DNA of 62,914 nt, the filler included, from Licmophora abbreviata (Eukaryota): NCBI GenBank assembly GCA_900291995.1. It is 16 parts of 16 records of this genome, joined end to end, with 100 filler letters (N's around TTAATTAATTAA, not from the genome) between each part and the next. Parts side by side here need not be neighbours in the genome. Positions count along the whole stretch, not along the records: positions 45,853 to 51,279 come from OLMU01005082.1; positions 51,380 to 54,105 come from OLMU01005084.1; positions 54,206 to 55,499 come from OLMU01005085.1; positions 55,600 to 58,901 come from OLMU01005086.1; 12 more parts are not named here. One strand, 5' to 3'. Each line of letters starts with the position of its first letter. The first letter of the stretch is position 1. A program made the translations under genes and the position numbers. Positions 46,251 to 58,876 of this stretch are shown here, in pieces. The notes under the pieces are model-generated. The model saw nothing but the letters and a program-made list of their open reading frames with translations. It was not told where the DNA came from and made no database searches.

Positions 46251-49200
46251 ATGGCTTCGATTGTCCAGAGAGGCCTCGAGTCGATGTTCGAGGCGAAAGA
46301 GCAGACATTCGATCCGCTGCTGGACTCGTCTTTTGAGGCCTACTCGTACCAGAAAGATGCCGCGAAGGCAGACTACAAAACCATTGATTACACGATTCTG
46401 TCCGTCGTGGTGACTACGTTGGGGCTCATCATTATTGTAGAGCTTATCCAGCATAAACTCGACCACAAGGCGCATGGACGGCTCTTTTTCAAAACTGTTT
46501 TGGAGGCCGTCTATCGAGAATGTAAGAAGAAGACGCAGGAGATTCTTGCTCGAGTGCTCTTGTCTGAGACGAGTCGATCTGACCTTATTGCTCTACCTTG
46601 TCATTCTCTCGTTACCAGTGGCCACACTTGGCATTGTCGAATTCTTCATTTTCATCGTCAAAAAGTACTACAAAGACTTGAATCCAGGCGCCAAGGATGC
46701 CTTTGCCGATGTGCATTTCATGCTCTTTTACGCAGCTCTCTTCAACGCGTTTCAGAGTGTCATTACTGCCTTCTTTTCGACACGTGTCAGTCAAAAGATG
46801 TGGGTGCGAACAGAGCAGCTCGAACTTGATCATTACATTGAAATTCGAGAAGAGTACGAGCGCGTGGATGCCATTCTGTACGGACGAGACGACAATGGAG
46901 ACGCGTCGGAACGCGAGCGTCAAGATAGCGCCCTGTCGTGGAACACCGACGCCTCTGCCAACTTTGCTGGATATAGCTTACGAAAGTTCCGAAAGAGTCT
47001 CTTTCACTTTGGCAAGTTTGTACGATATCCTCATCTGTGCCGACAACATGCCGAACTGCTGGTACAGGTCAGATTCCACGAACTACGAGTCCATTTTCTC
47101 AAGGCCAACGATTTGCCGCTTCAGCTCAAAGTGTCCGAATACCTGGAACGATGTGAGCTGCAAGTGCTCTGCAGGCTTGTACACATTTCTCCGTTCGCTT
47201 GGCTATTGCTGACCTTCGTCATAAGCGTCATATACTTCCTCATGTCAATCGTGGTGGATGTGACTGGAGGCAACTTGAGTGCAACAGGAAATGCCTTGAC
47301 AGCAATCTTTCTGGGATCCATGGTCTTGTTTGTGCTCGTATCGATCGTAATTGTCTACAAAATGAAATGGATCTTTGGTCGCATCATGCGCATGAAGCTA
47401 TGGCACGGAGAAGACGGCGAGTTTCGGACCGGCAAGCAGAGTGTACGAGCTGAAAAGGAAATCTCCAGTCAGCGCGCTCTCTTTTGGGGCAACGACCCAA
47501 AGTACATTCAAGTCATGTTGCAGTTCATGCAGTTTGGCTTTGCCAATGCTCTAGCCGTTATTCTTGTCTTCTCGGACGACATTCATGTCGATGGTGCCCC
47601 GCTGCCCCTGTCGGCTTACATTTTGATTGTGCTTTCCTGCTACGCGGCATTTGTCTGGATGACAGGCCAGGTGATTCCCCGATACACTCTTTGTACAAGC
47701 CTAGGGCAAGTGGTGAATCAGAAGTGTCTGCAGGAAACAGTGGCAGAGTTCCATTTGGCAGAGTTGAATCGAAAACGACAGCTGAAATTCGAGGAGGAGG
47801 CCTTCGTCGGCACGACTGTTTCCTGGGACGGCGCGAATGATGAGTCTGCCGAGAATGCGATCAATGCTCCCCCTACACGTCCCACACTCGTTACATCTGC
47901 TTCGATCCTCGGGCATAGTAAGACATTTGAAGATCTTGATCTCGCTGAGATACAGACAGATGTCACATCGACGTCAACGCTTCTCGCTGAGCTTGTCGAG
48001 ACGGACACAAGCTCGCTCCGAAACAATCTCATACAGAGCGAACGACGGAGCCAGCGCATACTCCAAGACCGCATGAGTAGACGGAAGATTATGTCCGAGG
48101 GTGTGTCTTCTATGCGAAACATGAGCGATGAGACGGACGGTCTGACGACGTCTCGCAGCGATATTTCCATTCAGCCACTGCAAGCGGCTGACGTGCTCCC
48201 GCGCAAGCGCGCAGAACGCCGTAAGTCCTCTTCAGCTGATGCGAGAATGGAACAGATGCAGGGAGGTTTCTTCGGGCCGGAAAACCAAGAGGACTTGATC
48301 GGCATATCCGCAGACAGAAGCGCCGAGTTAGCAGAGATGGGCAAACTTCCACGCGCACCATCGCATGTCCATTTTGACGAGACGGACTCTGACGATCACA
48401 GCGATGTCGACGATATTCCCACCGTCGACGCGAAATTGAATCATCGCCAGTCGGATGAGCGAGAACCTTTCCCATCGATGGAGGACTTTGGACGACACTA
48501 CTTTGCAAGTCGAAGATATCACATAATCAGCGCGGTGTTCGGGACCATGTGCTGCTTCTTCATTGTTGGTCATCGCATGGAGGCCCTGCTGCTCGCTACC
48601 GGCGTCTTGGACGACCAGAAGAATACTTGGGGTTTCCCTCTGTATGCTAGCTTCTGGCTTGAGGTAGCGTATCTCGTGTGTTTTCACATCGGGTCACTGC
48701 TTGTCTTGAGTCTCTTCTGGGGTGGAAAGGCAACTACTCGAAGTCAGCGGGCATTGTTTGCCAGCGCTATTCTTGACATCTTCATCAGCTCGACTTGCCT
48801 GATCGTGCTTTTCCTGCCGAAGCCGAGAGATGCTGTGATGAAGATTTGCAGGAGATGGCGGGTGGCGACTGTTGCGATCACTTTGGTCGGCGATCGTACG
48901 GCGGAATCGGGAACATTGAACCGTTCACGGCACTCGTCGCCCTGCGAGCCCTTCGGTATCCTCTAGCAGAGAAGCTGCTCTCTGTTGTGGACGGTTGTCT
49001 GGGTTGGGATAAACACGACGTTTCCAGCCAACAGACGGCACCAGATGCAATGCACCCACTCGATCCATTGTACGACAAGAAGAACCATCGTGATACGCAT
49101 TTGAAGAATTCTCTGGATGCGAAAGGTACAATCGTTGAGTTGTGGAAGAAAGGAATCGGCAAATTTCCTCATGTCGTGGAGAGCTTTGGTGAGTTCAGCG

Positions 49201-50396
49201 GCGAACTGCTGCAGTCGATGCTTGGCGTCGACATCATCGCCGGCCAACCCGGTCGGCCAGATCGACCGGAGAAGTCGTTTGACGACGAGAGCGATCTGAC
49301 GTCGCCAACCACGGAAGTACAGCGTGAAGGCCGACGCCCATCCTCAATTCCTGAGAAGAATGAGCTTTCCCTCGCACATAGCAAGACAGGGCTTACTCCG
49401 ATTAAGGAAGCCGCTGAGGACAGTCCCCATGCTTCTCGCCGCCTCTCTATGCCAGCCAAGTCTCTCTCTATCCCTACCTCACCTCCATCTCGGAACGGAA
49501 GCACAAATTCATCCTTCATAGCTCCAAATGCGCGTCTCATACGTAGTATGCGGCGGTGTGATCGCAAGCTTCTGCCATTGCTCGATCAGTGGATGTCTGT
49601 CGACGTGGTCATGACAAAGTTTGAGATTGTATACTTCGATGCCAGTGATACCGACGGGTCTGTAGCAGCTAAAACTGCAGATGCCGAAGCAATTCGGCAG
49701 GCTATGGCCGCAACCCACGGTGGGAAGGGACTTCGCTTGCAGGACGTCGCTGTGGGACGAAAAGTAGTCGGCCATTTGGCAATATCCTCGATCGACGCCA
49801 TACACGTGGAAAGAGTATTGCCACACGACGACCGCCATGTAGATCGCAAGTTGGAAGAAGTCGATGGTCCTGGTGTGCCTGTCCAAGGGGAATATTGGAA
49901 GACAGGAGGTGTCAAGACAATGCGAGAAAGGGCTGGCTGCTGGCAGAGGCTGAAAGAGGACCGGCTCAAGATACATTCCAACCATGGAACACTTTATCTT
50001 CGCTTCTATAGTGATTTAGAAGAATTGGCTCAGCATGAAGAACGCTTGCAGAGCGAGAAAGAAGATCTCGGGTCTCTATTCAAGAACAATGCTTTGCAAT
50101 GGTGTCAGACACTTGTGAGGTTGTGCGGCAAAACTCAGCTGCACCAGAAGCTTCCTCACTATGGCCAGGGTGACTCGGACGAGCTACGTGACTTCATCGA
50201 GGTAGCAGATCCAAACGAAAGTCATGTCGGCCACTTCCAAGCACAACTCCGTATACTAAGGCATTCCGTTGCATCCGGGACTCTCGTTGAGAGATTTCCG
50301 ATTTACCGCCGGCGAAGCTCCTTGGAATTACGAGACGATCACTCTTTATCAGATGATGAAATGATTTGGGGACGCGATCCCGAAATGTGGGCTTGA
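46251..50396 (+). CDS. MLO-like multi-pass membrane protein with additional C-terminal TM bundle and PH-like region
   Basis: Intron 46522-46618 gives LEAVYRELATLGIVEF. Further MLO-like blocks are ELRVHFL, LVHISPFAW, LFWGNDP...FMQF and VIPRYTLCTSLG. A frameshift near 48812 joins ORF 48795-50396. Confidence 0.65.
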
Positions 50397-50501
50397 TTAG
50401 TATTAGAACTACTGTATTCTATACGTCAGATCATCCAGAGGGTGAGCGTAACGCATTTACAAACGTCTTATTCTCCAATATTCTCTTATAGGTTAGTTAG
50501 C

Positions 50502-51272
50502 TCATCCAGTTTTGCTTCTTCCTCGTCGAAGTCTTCCGAGAAAGGATCGCCCCTTCGTGAGTTCTACTGGAGCTCTCAAGCCTTCGTTGGCCTTCTTCAT
50601 CCTCCTTGGGGGTAGAAAACCGAAAGCTTCGCTGAGGGACACTGAGGAATTGACAGTCAGGGTGTCGTGTTCCAAGGGCTCAGCATGATATGAGATCGAT
50701 TTTATTGGCATCGTTGCCCATTTTCGCTTTCTTCTCTCCAACGCCGCTACCTTATCAATGTCCATGTCGCCATCCAGCTGGAATCCGTCTTTGACGACGA
50801 TGGAATTGCTCATAGCCTTGGCATCCTGGTTCATCTCGTTGGGTATTGGGAGACTGCAAGTGCCCAAACATTCTGTGATCATGGCACAAACATCATCGCC
50901 TACAAACCCCTGTTCTGTAGGGGTTGCCTCTATATCCTTTTTAGCCTCCACGGTCGCCGGCGCAGCCGCCACTGCTAAATTCTCGATGACTTCGACCGGC
51001 TCTGACTCGGTTTTTGTTATCCCTATTGCCGACTCATTTCGGAGGTCGTAAGATTCAGCCTGAATGCCTCGAACTGGCCTCTCTTCCACTAGAATCACAT
51101 TCGTTGTCGGTGGCTCCCTCTGTAAGACCTCCTCCGTGCTAGCCATTCCCACCTTGTTCCCTTTTGTTCTGCTTCGATTCCGCAGGAAGGCAAGCGGCCG
51201 AAAGCCACCATTTGACTTGTTCGCGGGATTGTGTTTCTTATTTTTGGCTGGATCCTTGTCGTTGCGTCCCAT
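50502..51272 (-). CDS. Hypothetical protein
   Basis: 256-aa ORF with no recognised motif. Confidence 0.5.
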   Translation of the reverse strand: MGRNDKDPAKNKKHNPANKSNGGFRPLAFLRNRSRTKGNKVGMASTEEVLQREPPTTNVILVEERPVRGIQAESYDLRNESAIGITKTESEPVEVIENLAVAAAPATVEAKKDIEATPTEQGFVGDDVCAMITECLGTCSLPIPNEMNQDAKAMSNSIVVKDGFQLDGDMDIDKVAALERRKRKWATMPIKSISYHAEPLEHDTLTVNSSVSLSEAFGFLPPRRMKKANEGLRAPVELTKGRSFLGRLRRGRSKTG

Positions 51273-51948
51273 TTTTCGANNNNNNNNNNNNNNNNNNNNN
51301 NNNNNNNNNNNNNNNNNNNNNNNTTAATTAATTAANNNNNNNNNNNNNNNNNNNNNNNNNNNNNNNNNNNNNNNNNNNNTACTACTACTACTACGACTAC
51401 TACTAGGAAGGATGATGGATGAAATAGATCTGTCGAGACGTGCCAGAGCTGGCAAAGGTCGACACGTGCGGTGGTACAAGCAAGGGTCTCGACTGCGACG
51501 TCGGATTGGCGTTTGAAACGCAGTGTGTGGCAGGACGGTATCGCTAGTTTCGAATACTGTCTTCATGGATTCTTACATTTCTATCGCTAATTCTAGGAAT
51601 GACAAATAATTCTTTATCTCTGCAGTTTTCACTAAGATGCCTATAAGTGTATTATGTACGAAGTACTTATAAATACTTCATATAAAACATTCATTGGTGC
51701 CCGTTCTGTCTGGCTCCCGTCGTCGACGCACGAGGACACACAAGAGAGAGGGCTCGAAGGCCGCAGCAGCAAGCACAACAACACAGCCTCCCCTTACTCT
51801 CTCGTCCGCCCCTTGGTTGTTGTATTCTGTCGTTTCTCACACAGTCTACACAATCAGAACTGGAGCCGTTCTACCTGGTGGAACGTGCGTGTTGCCCTCT
51901 TTTTGTTTCGTCAATCTGAGACTACTTTTGTAAACAAGGCAACAGATC

Positions 51949-52263
51949 ATGCTGTCTTCGGTATTTGCCTCACGAAGCAGCCGACTTGCCAGGATGATGC
52001 GCAGCCGACCACAGGGTACGTCGCGTTTGTTTCAGTCCCTGGTGGATACGAACGACATTCTCTCGAGTCCTTATGAGTCGTCGACTATGACGAATAGTAG
52101 AATTCATGTTGCCGGTCGGAGGATCATGTCGATGCTGTGGGAGCAAGTTACAGCGAGTGGTATCTGGAGCATGTCCAGTACGCTCAAGAAGCGAAGAGCG
52201 AAAATGAACAAACACAAGCTTCGGAAGCGCAGAAAGAAGGAGCGGCTCAAGTCCAAGAGATGA
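51949..52263 (+). CDS. Mitochondrial ribosomal protein mS38 (COX24/AURKAIP1-like)
   Basis: C-terminal MSSTLKKRRAKMNKHKLRKRRKK and an Arg/Ser-rich presequence. Confidence 0.85.
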   Translation: MLSSVFASRSSRLARMMRSRPQGTSRLFQSLVDTNDILSSPYESSTMTNSRIHVAGRRIMSMLWEQVTASGIWSMSSTLKKRRAKMNKHKLRKRRKKERLKSKR

Positions 52264-52393
52264 ATGATACACAACTAGTACTACGTATGAAATATATTCT
52301 CTAGCTAGGCTGCTATGCCACGACGGTAGTTCTAGAATTCCATTTACACTGATACTTAGTATTACTGTAAAACTGTTTATAAATACTAGATCG

Positions 52394-54025
52394 TCATTCC
52401 GCATGATACTTGATGTCCAATGTGGCACCGCCAAAGGGTCGTTTGTCCCTGCGTGTGACGTCGTACAGCTGTCCACTGTGTTGGAAGACCACGTACATAT
52501 GCATCTGATCCGGACTGAAACTGAGGCCAGAGGTCTCGTCCTTGTCAACTACTCCGGCTCTGATGTGTAGAATTGTAAAGTACTCTCCGGACGACGATAT
52601 CGAACGACCATGAACTCCCGGATCATCTCCCCCGTCTTCACAAAAGTACAGAACGCCTCGATCATCGTTCACCAGTCTGGCAACCTGGTCCGGCTGATGC
52701 TCAAAGGCACCGTTCTTTGTAGAACTCCACGTGTATGTTCTATCTTCCAAATTCAAAATAACGAGACGTTTCAACTTTTTCGAAACAAAGTACACCGTAC
52801 CATCGACACTATCAATGCCCTCACTGAATGGATAGTACCGTTCTGCACTCTGTTCGGCTGCCAACATGTTGGTGGTCCATTGGAAGCTGCCCGTCGCTGA
52901 ATCACCACCCAGCAGCTCCAAATAATCCAATGTCCCATGGTTCAAAGTACACCATCGATCGACATCTCGCACCTCACGAAAACACGTCATCCCTACGGCA
53001 TTCGGTGTGAATCGCGTCAAGACCCCATTGCTTCGATCGCGTGTCACATAAAACGTCGGTAGGTTTCCACTCGTAGTATCATAGGCAAAAGACTCGTACC
53101 ATCCCAGTTCCCCCAACGCCGTTTGCTGTGGTGCGACAGTGTCAAAGGGATCCACTTGATGGACTCGGCCGTTACTATACTCTTCACAGGATATCCAAGA
53201 GTTCCACGGCGTCTTGCCACCCCCACAGTTGCGTCGTGTACTATTCAAAAGTCGTCGATACTGAACAATAGCACCATCCGGGTTGAACTCCAAGACTCCC
53301 ACGCCCCCATGATTGTACTGATTGCCACTGACATCCACTTCGGCGTTGCTCACGTAATAGTAGTTGTCGTTGTTGTTGTTGTTGTTGTTGTTGGAAAAGA
53401 TGCCTGCCGCATCCGGAAGCAAGTGGAAACGTTCTTGGGACAAACTTCCATCGGCCAGGACCAGTCTCTGACCGCTGATGGCAATGCGTCGTGCCGAAAG
53501 GCCGTTCGACAGGCGTATAACAGAGCCGTCGCCGTCGGATGTATGACCGAGACTGAAATTTCCGGGTTGATATGAAATTGCTACTTCTTCTTCTTCTTCT
53601 TCTTCTTCTTGAATACGAGTAGAAGTAGGAGGAGGAGTGGGAGTTCCAGTAGGGGTGGGAGGAGAATTGGGAGTTTCGGTAGGGGTGGGGGTGGGAGGAA
53701 AATTGGGTGTAGTGGTGGGCGGACGAGTGGGCGACGGTGTAGTAACAGGGGGAGTACGGGTATTCGAAGGTGGAGAGGTGCTTCGATCGCGCGGATGGGC
53801 AAAGATATTGGCCAGCGTATCGAGCTGTGCTCTCGTGCCCGTGGTGTCAGGTGGTGCCCGTCTTCTCGGCCGAGAAGCAGATTGTTGGACTCGCCCTGTA
53901 CTGAAAAGCTGATCTACTTTGTCATCATCATTGGCCTGAATTCGACGACATGCCAATAGAAACGTCACAATCAGCGGAACCACCACAAATCCGGGACGAT
54001 GTGCTCTCGTTTTTCTTATCCTCAT
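52394..54025 (-). CDS. phoX: Secreted PhoX/DUF839-family alkaline phosphatase
   Basis: Signal anchor, P/T-rich linker, then PDAAG, YVSNAE, NCGGGKTPWNSWISCEE, EGID, PDQ, FCEDGG and ETSGLSFSPD motifs. Intronless. Confidence 0.85.
   Translation of the reverse strand: MRIRKTRAHRPGFVVVPLIVTFLLACRRIQANDDDKVDQLFSTGRVQQSASRPRRRAPPDTTGTRAQLDTLANIFAHPRDRSTSPPSNTRTPPVTTPSPTRPPTTTPNFPPTPTPTETPNSPPTPTGTPTPPPTSTRIQEEEEEEEEVAISYQPGNFSLGHTSDGDGSVIRLSNGLSARRIAISGQRLVLADGSLSQERFHLLPDAAGIFSNNNNNNNNDNYYYVSNAEVDVSGNQYNHGGVGVLEFNPDGAIVQYRRLLNSTRRNCGGGKTPWNSWISCEEYSNGRVHQVDPFDTVAPQQTALGELGWYESFAYDTTSGNLPTFYVTRDRSNGVLTRFTPNAVGMTCFREVRDVDRWCTLNHGTLDYLELLGGDSATGSFQWTTNMLAAEQSAERYYPFSEGIDSVDGTVYFVSKKLKRLVILNLEDRTYTWSSTKNGAFEHQPDQVARLVNDDRGVLYFCEDGGDDPGVHGRSISSSGEYFTILHIRAGVVDKDETSGLSFSPDQMHMYVVFQHSGQLYDVTRRDKRPFGGATLDIKYHAE
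53585..53610. repeat. (TTC)n coding microsatellite (poly-Glu in PhoX)
   Basis: ttcttcttc... run. A (GTT)n poly-Asn run also lies at about 53370-53393. Confidence 0.85.
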
Positions 54026-54505
54026 GATGGAACACCACAGCAGAGTATCTAAGATAAGGCGCCGTCGTGAGGATTATGATTGCGTATCATACCGGTATGA
54101 TATGANNNNNNNNNNNNNNNNNNNNNNNNNNNNNNNNNNNNNNNNNNNNTTAATTAATTAANNNNNNNNNNNNNNNNNNNNNNNNNNNNNNNNNNNNNNN
54201 NNNNNTTAGGATAGTCGTGCGAAACCCATTTCGTCTCCATCCGACCAAAAATCAAAAATCAAAAATGGACCCAAAAGCCTCGTGTGCACTCACCATTTTG
54301 GCGCGTATGGATTGGGCCTTTTGCGTACGCCGTACAGACACTCTGACGCACACTACACTCTCTGATACACTTCGCTGTGGAACAGAACTCGAACGACACA
54401 CAACACACACAAGCTCCGTTCTATCATAGTTCTCCTGCGGATGTGGATGGCCGTTGTGTATGACAGTCTCTTTATTGCATTCCTGTTTCGTGCATCATCC
54501 TCAGC

Positions 54506-55400
54506 ATGGCTGCTGCATCATCCGCGTCCGCTCTTTCCACTTCCGGCAAGGTCTTTTTCGGTTCTCTGTGTGCCGGTACCTTTGGTTTAGGATGTTGGCA
54601 GACACAACGGTACTTTGAAAAGATGGACTTGGTCGCACAGCGTCAACACGATTTGAGCTTGGATCCAACGACGGCTTTACAAGACACCCACAATCACTTT
54701 CAGAGACGACGAGTCCAAGGTACTTTCCGGCATGATCAAGAAGTACTGATTGGGCCTCGGGGTCCTCCGTTGGGAGCGCTGGAGCGCAGTGGTGGTGGGG
54801 GTATGGCGAGTGGGCCGCAAGGATACTTTATCGTTACACCCTTGGATTGTGCGGATGGGACTTCTCCAGTAGTATTTGTCAATCGAGGATGGGTTCCGCG
54901 TCATGTGGTGAAAGAGCAGTCGGGTGGAGGTTGGTTGCGACCAACAGGAAGAGTTCAAGTGGAAGGAGTCTTGGCGAAGCCTGAGAGTACGTAGATGGTA
55001 GTTGTCTGTGACTGACTTTTTGCTACAAGGATGCCCTCATTGGTTCTTGATTGCCTTCCTACTTTTCTCGTTCTCTGTATCTCATGCAGAACCCAGATTC
55101 ATTACCCCTCAGCATGACTTTTCAGTGAAACCCTTGCAGCTCTTTTGGATGGATGCGTCAGCCCTCGAACAAGTGGCCCATGTCCCCAAGGCCATCCTGT
55201 TGACCCAAATCCAGACTTTGAACACTACTTCTGATTCTTCTCACGGTTCTCAACAAGAACCAATCAAGCCTCCGCTAAAACATGTGGGGGACTTCAAGAC
55301 GACCCCATCGATTCATGCGGGTTATGCGGTCACTTGGTATGGCATGTCGGCGGCAGGATTGTACATGACGCGCAAACTCATTTCGAGGGGGAGAGCGTAA
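54506..55400 (+). CDS. SURF1/SHY1 cytochrome c oxidase assembly protein
   Basis: TFGLGCWQ, GYFIVTPL, VNRGWVP and HAGYAVTWY motifs. One intron near 54988-55090. Confidence 0.9.
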
Positions 55401-55893
55401 AAAAACTATAGAGTCAAGATGGAGTATCATACTTGTACTGCAGACTTGGAAAGAGCGCAAGTTCGGTTTAAACCTACTTCTTGTTGCTAGTAGTGGTCTN
55501 NNNNNNNNNNNNNNNNNNNNNNNNNNNNNNNNNNNNNNNNNNNTTAATTAATTAANNNNNNNNNNNNNNNNNNNNNNNNNNNNNNNNNNNNNNNNNNNNG
55601 TCGGATATCGGCTCGCATCTTCTGCCATACCATCATGTAGCATGCTAAGGTGTATATTCTATTGGAGCTCGTGCTCTGCAAGCAACTCAAAGCACAACGC
55701 GAGCTCTTCTTCTCTTTAAATCCCACAATAACACTTCAAGTGGGCCGCGCCTTGAAGTTCAACAGCAAACGTCATCTTTCTCATCACTTTTTTACTACAC
55801 GCTTTCGTTGTTTGCTTGCCTTGCTGACTATCATCGTTCCTAGCACACCTCCCCTTGCTGCTTCTCTGTATCAAGACGACACACACCTCTACG

Positions 55894-57351
55894 ATGATGA
55901 AGTGTACGACTGCAAGGATGCTTCGCCGCAGCATGGCTCCGCGCCGCGCGTTTGCAGCCGAGGCCACGACGGACGATTTGGTCAAAACGGCCTTGAACGA
56001 CTTGCACCGCGAACTCGGTGGCGAAATGGTCCCCTTTGCAGGGTACGAATTGCCTGTCCTGTACAAGGGGGAGAACGGTGGTGTCATGAAGGAGCACTTG
56101 TGGTGTCGATCCGAGGGCAAGGCGTCTCTCTTTGACGTTTCGCATATGGGACAGGTATGTCTGTGTGTTGAGGTCCGAGTGTTTTTCGGAATGAGAGTTC
56201 AACAAGATGGTCCGTGTAACTTACGCACCCAGGATCTCTCATTCTCTGCTTCTTGTTGTATCTCTTTATCATTCAGATTCAATGGCACGGGAAGGATCGC
56301 GTTGCCTTCTTGGAAAAGCTTGTCGTCGGTGACATTGCTGGCTTGAACGAGGGCCAGGCTTGTCTCAGTCTCGTCACGAACGAAAAGGGAGGCATTCTGG
56401 ATGATACTGTCATTACCAATGCCGGCGATCACATTTACATGGTCGTCAATGGTGCTACCAAGTTTGGAGATATGAAACATTTTCAAGAGCAAATGAACCA
56501 GTTTGACGGGGAGGTCTGTATGGACTACTTGGAGGATTCCAAGCAGCTATTGGCGCTGCAGGGTCCAGGTGCGGCTGAGGCGATTGCCAAGATTCTGCCA
56601 TCTGGTTTTGATCTAGTGAAGATGCCTTTTATGACGGGAATGAGTACCACTCTGGATGGAGTGGAAGGCTGCCGCATCACACGGTACGTATCATGCATGA
56701 TGCTGTGTGGTTTGTTGAGAGAACGTCGCGATCAGGACTATCAATATCTCACAGTCACCCTTTGTGTCGATCGATACACACAGATGCGGATATACCGGTG
56801 AAGACGGATTCGAGATTGCCATGCCAGCTGAGAGCGCTGTTTCGATTGCCTCCAAGCTCCTGGCGGACCCCAGCGTCTTGCCGACGGGTCTCGGTGCCCG
56901 CGACTCGCTCCGCCTCGAGGCAGGTCTGTGTCTGTACGGAAACGACTTGGACGAAAGTACCACTCCCATCGAAGGAGCACTCGGTTGGACCATGGGTGGG
57001 CCCGGAAGTCGTCGTCGGACAGAAGGCGGCTTTCTGGGAGCGGAACATATTCTCACGCCCGAGGGTAAGTTCCAAAAGGTGGCGAGGAAGCGTGTTGGTA
57101 TCAAGGGAATGAAGGCTCCTGCCAGAGACCACGCGGAGATTTACGATGCGACCGGTGAAACCAAGATTGGTGAAGTGACGAGCGGAACCTTTGGTCCGTC
57201 GCTCAAGGCACCGATCGCCATGGGATATGTGGAAACGAAGCTTGCCAAGGCTGGAACTGAAATTATGATCAAGATTCGTGACAAAATGCACAAGGCTGAA
57301 GTGACCAAGATGCCATTCGTTGAGTCTCGGTACTACCGCGTTCCCGAGTAA
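55894..57351 (+). CDS. gcvT: Glycine cleavage system T protein (aminomethyltransferase), mitochondrial
   Basis: KTAL, FAGYELPVLY, LFDVSHMGQ, GGILDD, TRCGYTGEDGFE and GLGARDSLRLEAGLCLYG. Introns 56155-56276 and 56684-56783. Confidence 0.95.
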
Positions 57352-57436
57352 GCACGAGAGTAGAGAACAGTAGGGTAGGGTAATCCTATGGGGCTACCAT
57401 AGACTAGACCTGCGTCATACAATCAACGGCGTACGA

Positions 57437-58511
57437 CTAGTTCTTCTTGTTGACTTCACCGCCGTGGATCGTATACGTCCCGTACTCCTTGGCCGGATCA
57501 AAGACTTCCCAACGACTGGCCGGAAAGATATGTTTGTTTCGGTCGTACCACTGTCGTGCGACGACCTTTCCAGGATGACTCTCGTCCTTTTCCACACGTC
57601 GATCAATCGCTCCCACCCGGACATCGTCGTGAACGTCGAAATGAAAGAGTGGTCCGCTCTTTCCGCGCGCCTTGGTGGCGATCAAATCGTAAAACGTCAA
57701 GTCTTGCGGCAAAATGAGATCTTCCTTGACATAGAGCAGCGCATCCGAAGAGACATTTTGCATCTCCCGGAACTCCCGTCGACAAGTCTTTTCGGACCAA
57801 TTCAAGAAAGTCGCCTATTGTATCACCCTTGACGCATGCGACGGATCGACGATGCCCCGAGCCGTCCCAGTAGCTGTAGGTGATCTCGAGAGATTCCTGC
57901 TTCATACCCTTTTGTTTCGTTTGCCACTCCTGTTCCAGGCGCCGTCTCTCCTGAACTTGACGTTCTTCCCTCTCCTTGTCAGGCAAGAAGGAGGTGTCGA
58001 CGGTAGGATCTTTCCAGCTCGCGGGAGCCGCAGGCTCATCATCATCAGGAACTGATTCTACTTCTTCGTCGCCTGCAAAACTCAAGGTCGACATTTGCTT
58101 TCGTTTCTCCTTGAGCCTACGCTTCTTTTCCTTCTTTCGAAGCTTCTCCTGTCTCGCGTGCTCTTCTTGCGTCAATTGCGGTTGCCTCTCTTGTTCACCC
58201 GATGGGTCCGGCCCACCCTGCTCTTGTTCCTCCGTCGCACGACGAAACTCCTCCGCCGTGACCAGTCCCACCGTCTTGCTGCGAAACGCCTCTTCCGCAG
58301 TGGAAGCCCTCGAATGCTCTTGAAACTTGACATCGTGATGCTGCAAGGCCTGCGCGCTCTTATCCCGAATCGCCCTTTCCTTTTCTGCAAACTCCTCTTG
58401 TTCGCGTTGGCGTTTCTTGGAGAGAGATGCGGCGCGGGCCCCGGCCACATTGCCCTCGACCGTATGAATGCCCGATTCGGGACGATGAAAGTGTGCGGAA
58501 AAGTCGCCCAT
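57437..58511 (-). CDS. XAP5/FAM50 family nuclear protein
   Basis: [41 protein letters not shown] and [11 protein letters not shown]. Apparent single indel near 57785. Confidence 0.92.
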
Positions 58512-58876
58512 TTCTTGGAGTGTGTAGCAGTTTCTTTGTTCTGTTTCAATTTATTTCTCTTTCAGTTGATTATTCTATCGAGCTGGTTCTATTTTAATCC
58601 ACTACCTGGTACCGTTCTGGGAAGAAGAAGGTGGTGAGCAAAGCGGCAGCGAACTTCTACTTCCAAGTACAGTAAACAGTAAACACGCTGTTGACGGCAC
58701 AGGCAAGACCAATGAAATGAATGGCGGCGTCCAACACCGCGCGCTCGCGATAGCCCCGGCGCGTGAGACAGCGTCTGCGCCCGCTCGACATCGGCTCCTG
58801 TGGCACCGACTTGGTCAAAATCTCTCTTTGGAGAGTACTTGTTCCACTTCCAGAGGTCGATCTACCATGTTATCTA

